The notes under the pieces were generated by a model. The model searched no databases and had not been told where the DNA came from. It saw nothing but the letters and a program-made list of their open reading frames with translations. A DNA stretch of 64,000 nt from Cycas panzhihuaensis. Taxonomy: Eukaryota > Plantae > Cycadophyta. The translations under genes were made by a program, and so were the position numbers. Positions 55,711 to 64,000 of this stretch are shown in pieces. Position 1 is the stretch's first letter. Each line of letters begins with the position of its first letter. The stretch covers positions 86,559,741-86,623,740 of the forward strand of contig CM041465.1 of the NCBI GenBank assembly GCA_023213395.1, in the 5' to 3' direction.

Positions 55711-57599
55711 TTTTTTTTTTTTTATATAAGGTAAAAATGAATTATAAATGGGTTTGAAACAGGGTCCGACAACCTAGTATATCAATAATCTTTAAGCTTC
55801 CCAGTCATAGATGACTGTGACATCCCCACGGTCTAGGTAAAGAAACAATTTCGCCAGGACAAGCCCCATGGCTAGCTATCTCAGACCTTATCCTTCTCAA
55901 CCAGAACCATGAGATCCTCAGGAAAATCATACCTCCAAATGGTGTCTTCCTTTTGCCTAACCCCCAGTTTGCCAAAAAGTCAGTCGCTTTGTTTCTCTCT
56001 CTTAACATGTGCTTTATCTAGACATCTTCCAACCCCTTAAGACTCTCCTTTGCGTCATTAATCATGGTCTAAAATCTCCAATCTGGGAGGGCTGAGCCTT
56101 TTAGCGAATCGATAATCGTCTCTAAGTCCCCCTCTATTACCAAACGCCTGGAACCTCCAATTAGGGCTAAGTCAATGGCTTTAAGCATGGCATTCGTTTC
56201 TGCAAAGTGGTTCGTTTAGTGATCATAATAGTCTGCGAAGGCCCATATAGGGGTTCTAAGGTCGTCTCTATATATACCCCCTCCCCCAACCTCTCCTAGG
56301 TTCCCCTTTGATGCACCGTCAAAATTGATTTTTAGCCAAGATTCCTCAGGAGGCAACCATCAACCAAATCTTACCTTGGCGACCTTATATACTGGCTCTA
56401 TACCCCACTTTAATAGGACCCTATTTTCTGTCAAGGTGGTATGTTTCTCCTTAATGTTTCTAACATTTTCTCTAATGTCCATGGAGATTTTTCTGAAGAT
56501 AGCATATTGGTCCATTTAGCTCCCCTAGAAGATTCTTCTATTTCTTTCCTTCCATATGTTCCATGACAATATCGGAAATGCACTCTTCCAAATACTGCTT
56601 AAGACTTTGCTTATGAACGGGATTTGCCAAGTGGACCATTGGTCGACTACCTTTTCAGAAAAGGTCCAGCACACCTCTAGTTTATCCAATAGCATTCCCC
56701 ATACCTCTCTCGAATATGGGCACCCAAGTACAATATGGTCTAAGGATTCTTCCCCTTTGCAGCATAGGATACATTTGTTAGTCATATGGAAACCTCTCTT
56801 TTTGAGGTTATCCACAGTAAGAATTTTATTCCTTAGACAGATCCACCAAAAAATTGCAATCTTAGGGATAAGTGAGAGCTTCTATACGCCTTCTAATAAT
56901 TCATTCTTCTGGTCTCCTCTTACCAGGCATAAGAAATGGTAACCCTGTTTGGCAGCATACTCCCTGGATGGGCTTAAAGGCCACATGACAATGTCTGGGG
57001 AGGGCGTCTTAGGAATATAACTTTTATCCAGAATCCTTTTGATTTTGGAGAGGCCATCCTGGAGAAGCTGCTCCCCCTGGAATTCCTCGAAATTTCTCCA
57101 GCTTCTCTCTCCATGTCCACGTCCAATACTCCTGCACTAAGGAGCCATATATCCTCACACAAGGATCTTTGATAGGGACAAGGTCTGGGAATAATTTTAA
57201 GGCCTTGTCACAGCACCACACATCCTCCCAGAACTTAATGGTGCTTCCGTCTCCCAGTCTCCATTTTAGCCCTACTTTGACAGCATTCCATGCTTTAAGG
57301 ATGCTCATTCCATGCTTTAAGGATGCTTCTCCATACGGTTGAGCCAACCAGGGAAGGAAGGTTTTCGGTGAGAGAACCACCTTGAAGATATTTCCGTGTG
57401 AGAATCTTCTCCCACAGTCTCTCTCCCCGCTTGACAAGACGCCAACCCAATTTAGCCCAGAGAGCAACATTAAAAGATGAGATCTTTCTCAAATTGAGGC
57501 CACTGGCCCATTTCAGATAACAGACTTTATTCCAGCTCACCAGGTGTATCCTATCTTTGTCCTCTGTCCCAGACTATAAGAATCTCTTCTGAATGGTTC
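55711..57599 (-). mobile_element. 3' part of an L1 LINE with zf-RVT and RNase H domains
   Basis: Poly-T at 55711-55723. Motifs IHLVSWNKVC..K..GL, FN.AL.AK.GWR, GDG..IKFWED.W, CILC...EESLDH....C, IWKERNRRIF, NFDGASKGN.G and RERNKATDFLANWG. Confidence 0.93.
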
Positions 57600-59295
57600 T
57601 GAAACGCTCTCTGCGGGGCAATGATCCAACGCCTAGCGGGAAGGGCATAAAACAATACGCTAAACAGGCTAAATAGCGAGGATCATACCTCGCAGACGCC
57701 CGTCTTGTGGCGCCGAGCTGCACGGATCGCAAGGTGCCTGGTTGCTTCCTGTGTAGCTGCAAGACGAGGCCTTCCTACCCTTGGATGGCTTGTAAGGGAA
57801 AAGAATCACATGGCCACTACTTCTCAAGGCAATGAGAAGGCGGCGAGGGGCAACCAACCAAAAGTGTAAAGAAAACGGTAGAATGCGGCTAGGGGATACA
57901 ACGCAAACAAGCCTTCTATTCCTATGTTATGCAATGTAACAAAGTAATACGAGAAGGCAAATGTAAAATAAACAGTTATTTTCCCTTCTCTTTATATTCC
58001 CTTCTCTTTTACTTATTAAGCCTGTAAAAAAGGCAAGAACGATAAAAAGGAAAAAAACAAAGGAAACGCGAGGAATACCTGGATCCGGCGGTTGAGGATG
58101 AAGTGGTTCCCTCCTCGGTTTCGCCCTTTCCTCCTCCAGCGCATGCAACGCCGATCGCAGACAACGAATCTGGTGCACTTACCTCCCCAAAAGCATGCAA
58201 GGACTAAACGAAATGAAGGAAACGAAAGCAAAGCTCAACCGAAAAGGGAGAAGAAATACCATATGGGGGCCAAAAAGCAACGGGTCGATCTCGCGCAATG
58301 ATTCCTCCAACGCAATCCTGCAAACAATCCCAACAAACGCCTTCCTCTCGGGAGAGAGGCTACGAAGCACAACAAGATATATGTGTATATACTGAAAATG
58401 AAATCAACTACACTAGAAAAATGTAGTTAAGCACCAACATGTAACGAAAATGAAACAAGGCCACGCGATAAATATGCGGACTGTCGTACATCATAAAACG
58501 CACCAAATGGGATTGAGTGTAGCCTCGGGATGGCTAACTCACCCACGAGAGGTCTCCACAGGGTATAGGGAAAGCAAAGCTAGCATGCAACAAGGTGAGT
58601 CATGTAGTAACAAATTTCCTACACCAAGAGGGAAACTCAACCCAACTCCAAGGCTTCCCTAGTCTGCTTCCTAAGAAAGCACGGGTGCTAAAGGGGAGAG
58701 GATAAGGGACTAACCCTTGGGGAGAAGGACGGCAATGGGGGACTAACCCCGCCTATCTCCCTCAAATCCTCGTAAAACCCTTTGTGCCTGGCTTAGCTTA
58801 GGAAATGGTAGAAGAGAAAGCTAAGAGGAAAGGATGGATCTCAAGGAATGCAAGAAAATGTACCCAATCTAGGGCAGACTATAGTAAGCCACAACTAGCT
58901 AAAGTTACTTGCATCAAATGACAAAGGAGATCCCAAAGGAAGTTCACGCAAAAGAGGGAGAAGAGCTTGCAAATAGAACAACAAAAAGCAAGGAAAATGC
59001 ACCAACAAGAGACAAGAAATACCTTGAATGAAGGAGAGCATGCATGCATGCACTTGGCTACTTGGAGCAAAGCAGACAAGCAAAGGTCTAAAGGCTGGTT
59101 TTAAGTGTCCTTTGCAAGAAGATGGAAGGAGGAAGCTCTGCAAGATGGGAGCTAGAGGTTGTCCTTTGGAGTAGTCTTTCTTGTGAAGAAATGCTTTAGA
59201 TCTTTGAGTATTTGTAAGAGAAGGTGAAGCTTGTGATGGAGAGAGACGAGGGGGCAAGAATGGCCCCGCAACTCCACCGGTAGTAGCCCACTTCA
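57600..59295 (-). mobile_element. Putative 3' LTR (~1.7 kb) of the young Gypsy-type element
   Basis: The LINE frame breaks at TGAAAC (57600). A matching TTCA end at 59295 is adjacent to a minus-strand purine tract GAGCAGAGG. The inner boundary cannot be confirmed because the 5' LTR is outside the window. Confidence 0.55.
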
Positions 59296-60873
59296 CCTCT
59301 GCTCAACCGTACATGAAAATCCTTAGTTTCGTGTTTTCCTTTGTCTTTGGTAGAGAGTTTTGCTTGGAAGTCTAGAAAAGTGAACTCAAGAATGAGGCAA
59401 ATGAATGAAAAAGAGTTTTTATGCCTTGGCATAGCAAGTGAACGCTGGGGCCCCGCGCCCAATCAGCCGTTCGAGCCACGCCAGCAGCATCGAAAAACGC
59501 GCCATCGTCACAGGTTTTTTTTTAAATTTTATCAGTCAGATCACAAGAACTGGCATCAGCTAAGTTTACCGCAGACGCACCGGTACCGCAAGAACTTTGT
59601 GGTACCGCTTAAGTTTGCATGCAGACACCAAATTTGAAAAAGAGAAAAAGCAACATAAAAGTCATAAAATCATCTTTGAAGGTAAGAACAAGGGCTGAAC
59701 ATGAATTAAATCAACTGGGGGAAGGCCTAGGCAGTGGGCAAGTACTCAAAATGGTGCAAAGAGCCCTAACTAAGGAAGGGTTTGCAACATAAGTGGCACG
59801 CTGTAACAAGAGCAAACAGGCTGGCAGAAACATCTCGAAAGACCATGGAGACATCGTGAGTGGTCAGACGCCATACGGTGTCGTGATCCGCTTATGGATG
59901 CCCCCGCTGTGAGTCGTCATAGGCTAAAGGGTGCCGTTAGGCACATGCATTATGAGCAAGCAGTCAAGCAAATGCGTGTAGGCAGGCATATGTCAATCAA
60001 ATTACTCCAAATTACCTTAGCAATCATAAGTAAGAAAAGTAAGAACATATACCGCACAAACGTGTCGATGCGTCCGAGTCCATTCCCCGATGGCCGGAAA
60101 CATCGCCTCGGCGTGAGCCTCACCGCCGTAAGCGTAATGTGATGGCGAATGTCGACAATCAAGAAACATGAGTAGCACATGTATATATATATATAAGAGC
60201 AATCAAGAGCGAAGACGTGATCCAAGGGTGTAGGCAAGTGTCGTGGCGGGCAGCGTGGACAAGGGGGACAGACGAGGACAACGTAGGGCGCCACGCGTCG
60301 CCTGTGCATCGACCAAATCAAGTGAGCAATACACGGATGCCCCGTTGCCAAGGTGCAACGTGAAGTAAGAGGGCATCCAACAAAGTGAGCAAGCATATCT
60401 AATCGACAAAGAACCGGAGACTTGGCACGGGCCGACAAGCTCACATGAAAATGTGTGTATCATGTATGATAGAGGTAGCATGTATGACTTATTTTGTAAA
60501 TGAATGATTTTTGTATGCTGTAAACGTACATATGAAAATATGCAAGTATGTGAATGTGTAAATGTATATGTTTTGTTGTAAAGTTTTGTTGTAATATGCA
60601 TGTGTTTCCTTCCATGTATGGTCAGTATGTCTATGAGCACACACATCCACCGTAAGCAGAGGTGATCGAGAGGTGTGAGGTTAGAAGATAGGGCGACACG
60701 CACGTCCACAGGGGAGCATAGCGGAATATGCGAAGGAAACCACAAGCACGGGAGGGGGAGTAACGATACTCCCTAGCGTCGTCCTAGTTGGAGGGTGCCC
60801 AAGTAGGAGGACAAAGGTTCCCAAGAGCATACGGGAACGCGGGTTCCATGAGGAACCAGAAGCAAAACCGAAG

Positions 60874-61457
60874 AGAAATCCACCTCAAACTGCCATTCCA
60901 CCCGCAGTTGGGGAGAATGGAGACAGTTTGAAATGGTAGTTTAGGCTCGTTTCGGAGCAAGAATCCATCTTAAATTGCCATTCCACCCGTGGTTGGGAGG
61001 AATGGGAACAATTTAAAATGGTAGTTTAGGCTCGTTTGAGAAGAATCCATCTTAAATTGCCATTCCACCCGTGGTTGGGAGGAATGGGAACAATTTAAAA
61101 TGGTAGTTTAGGCTCGTTTCGGAGCAAGAATCCATCTTAAATTGCCATTCAACACGTGGTTGGGAGGAATGGGAACAATTTAAAACAGTAGTTTAGGCTC
61201 GTTTGAGCAAGAATCCATCTTAAATTACTATTCCACCCGTGGTTGGGAGGAATGGGAACAATTTAAAATGGTAGTTTAGGCTCGTTTGAAGAAGAATCCA
61301 TCTTAAATTGCCATTCCACCGTAGTTGGGAGGAATGGGAACAATTTAAAATGGTAGTTTAGGCTCGTTTCGAGAAGAATCCATCTTAAATTGCCATTCCA
61401 CCGTGGTTGGGAGGAATGGGAACAATTTAAAATGGTAGTTTAGGCTCGTTTCGGAGC
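60874..61457. repeat. Tandem array of seven 82-85 bp hairpin-forming units
   Basis: Units start at ~60874, 60959, 61041, 61126, 61209, 61292 and 61374. Consensus AAGAATCCATCTTAAATTGCCATTCCACCCGTGGTTGGGAGGAATGGGAACAATTTAAAATGGTAGTTTAGGCTCGTTTCGGAGC. Confidence 0.97.
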
Positions 61458-61963
61458 ACGAGGAGAGGAAGAGGTGTGCCTAGACCCCATAAAGGTAGGG
61501 GTAGTCACACGCAGGGTAGGAGATAGGTGGCGAAGAGTAGGGCCAGTGTGGCTAGGTCTACCAAAGAACTTGCTATGGTCGAACGGATGAGTGCAACAGA
61601 CTTGGCACACGGCGGACCGCGTGGCAAGGTTGCATCCGAGTAAGAGTGGCTCTAGTCCGAGGTAAGGATCTAGAGCGTGAAGAAGAAGCGCCTCTACGAG
61701 TGGCTCGTCGATGTGGGCGCCTACGTGAAACCGCTCGGGGAGGCCGAGAAGGTAAGATAAATGGCTGGTTTAGGACCAGTGGCTCGGGAGCCAATGTAGA
61801 ATGGGGAAGAGCGGGAATATCCGATCGAGATATTCCCCTAGGTGTTCGCGAAACCAAGGTGACACGTCGAGGAGAGGGCCCATAACCCTCGCTATCCGAA
61901 TCAGAATCACTCATGGCGGCTAAGTAACCACCCACGATAGGGGCAAACCTAACTAGGTTTGGC

Positions 61964-64000
61964 TCATGACGTGGCATAGGGCTCGGCCCGATGAAGGTCG
62001 GTCTCCTGAAACAAAGGTCCCACGGAAGGGGTAACCTCCTCAGGATCGCTATCTTCATCATCGAAAACAGCCTGGCAGGCTGGATGAGAGGTGTGAGACG
62101 GCATAGGCTCACGAGCGACAACTTTAACTTGCCCTTCATGGACAAATTTAAGTTGCCCCCACTGCGTGGAGCAGACTGCTCCCATCTGGTCGAGCCATGG
62201 TCGGCCCAACAAGAGGTTGTACTCCACATCGACATCGAGTACAAAGACCTCGACGAAGCAGTTTTCCCTCTAAGGTGAGGGATAGGGAGGCGCCCCAGAG
62301 GGACTTCTCGATCCCATCATACCCTTGGCATTTCAAGGGACGGACTTAAGAGCTACTATGCCTGGCTCCTTGAGCATACGCATGGCATAAGATTAACCGA
62401 GGAGCCATTATCTACAATGGTCCTCTTTACGATACAATCGAGTGTCAATGGTAATGACGAGCGGGTAATGCAAAGCTTCTCCTTCTTTGGGAGATGGGAG
62501 ATCTCTAGGATCAAAGGAGATGACAGTGGTCCATGGGAGGTAACACCTACCGCATGGATGGAAGCATCTTGTTGGCCAAGAGCTTCGAGAAGAAGAGCAC
62601 GTTGCTCAGGGTAGCTTCTCAAGACGTCCATCAAGGACATTCCCGCAATGACCAGATAGAGCTCGTCGACAATAGAAAAGGGTTTACCCTTCCCTGGTTG
62701 GGTAAGCGCCTTCTAAAGTCGAATCGACCGGGGACGGAATAGTCTTGGGAAGCGCAGGAATCTCCTGAGGAACGGCTCCTAAGAGGATCAAGGTGAGATG
62801 TAGATGAAGAGGCACCTACCTCTTTAGCACTGGGACCCAAGTTAAGGCATATAACGGAGTGGTCTCAAGCAATTGGACAACCTTCTTTCCTCAGAAGTGA
62901 CCGCTGAAGGTGATGGAGCACTACGGCCGTGGGAGCGCCAAGGTGAAGGTGACCTTCGCACACCCTTCCCTCTACCATGCGGCGGGCGAGGATCGGGACC
63001 CATCCCGATTCTGACTGTATCTTTGCTGGACATCACGACCGCGTTCCCCATGTTTGGGGAACGGGTCTCTATAAATGGGCTGATCGAGATTAGGTCTCGA
63101 TGTCCGCCTGGGGGACGAGTCGCGTGGGTGTTGTGCCCGGCAACGCGCATCGTCATGGAAACACTCCCCGTGGATGGAACACCAACTCTTCTCAAGGGGA
63201 GGAACGGACCACCTTGCTTGAGAAGACTGGGTGTTACCCCCTTTGGGGGGCATCGCACGAGAAGTCTGCTGGACAGGTCTATGGGAGGTAGGCGACGAAG
63301 GAGGCTGGAGCTTAAGCTCCTTCATCGTGCGCTCGAATGAGCGAATGGCGGAGGTAAGCGGATCTAAGGTCCTCTCAGTCGGGTGAGAGGTGGTCCTAGC
63401 GGCCGCGAAGGTGTGGTCTCCTTCACGGAGGAGGCGCCGCGACGTTGCGAGGGCTTGGGAGGTTTCTTGAGACCCACTTGGATCTCAATAGCCTCCAAAG
63501 CTAAACACCTCGAGATGGCAGAGTCACACGTGGTTGCCCCCATCTTGAGGACTTCCACATGCACTTCGGGCGGTGCATTGACAAAGATCCTCTTCAACTC
63601 CTCGTGCAATGTGGCCTTGGTGGAATGAAGAAGGTCGTGAAAACGTCGCACAAAGTCACGATTCATCTCATCGTGACCTTGTTTGAGCGACAGCGCTTTC
63701 ATTCCGCTCGAATGGACGGTTACGCCAAAGTAGTTGACGAACTCGCCCACTAAATACCGGAATGAGGAAATCGAATGGGCGGTGAAGGCTAGAACCACTT
63801 GAGGGCGCCGCCTGCAAGGACCGCGGAAGAGCTTCATCAAGATATGGTCGTAGGCCCAATAGTCGATGCACGCCATGGAAAAGTCAGACATGTTCTTGGG
63901 TCTTGCGACGAAGTCCCGCCAAATTTGGGGACTTCGGAGGATGAGGCGCAAGTTAGTCCTCAACGCCTCAACAGACAAGGGCGTCGACCTATAGTCCACG
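61964..64000 (-). pseudogene. gag-protease polyprotein, split by frameshifts (some may be sequencing errors)
   Basis: Consecutive ORF fragments 63364-63999, 62972-63325 (WCSIH..CFH....C), 62356-62640, 62148-62336 and 61964-62227. Confidence 0.8.

Larger units (their letters stand above)
57600..64000 (-). mobile_element. Young Tat/Ogre-like LTR element with gag + protease but no RT/RH/INT (TR-GAG-like); runs off the window
   Basis: GC-rich and CpG-retaining. Gag (LSLKQG..E..RDFVRRF) and protease (IVDNGSSVNLMP; YNLLLGRPW..MGAV.ST...LKF) are present. Only ~2.7 kb with no pol motifs separates them from the putative LTR. Confidence 0.8.

Noticed and set aside
57574-60745. Many overlapping 60-180 aa ORFs
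   Set aside because: They lie in the putative LTR/3' region with no domain motifs and are expected by chance at this GC content.
60874-61457. CRISPR-like array
   Set aside because: There are no unique spacers because the whole unit repeats, there are no cas genes, and the context is a eukaryotic retroelement.

Overview
AT-rich, transposon-dense land-plant nuclear DNA with no intact protein-coding gene. Positions 204-25637 and 26138-51643 are the same ~25.5 kb sequence on either side of a 500-N scaffold gap, most likely an uncollapsed long-read contig overlap. The repeated unit holds an intronless XBAT33-like ankyrin retro-pseudogene, an old Tat/Ogre-type gag-protease relic with a nearby antisense ORF, a probable endogenous caulimovirid capsid fragment, a 325-bp TRIM in a (TA)n tract, a near-full-length decayed L1 LINE, a tRNA-derived SINE and the possible spliced 5' end of a Pol II transcript. 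The last 12 kb is a nested stack. A Copia element has a solo LTR inserted into its YVDD motif and is interrupted by an RNase H-bearing L1 LINE, which is interrupted by a younger Tat/Ogre-like LTR element. That young element has gag and protease but no RT/RNase H/integrase. In place of pol it carries seven ~84-bp units, each folding into a long hairpin, with two compensatory base-pair changes between units. This array is the most interesting signal in the window. All homology calls are from motif recognition by eye, not from database searches.
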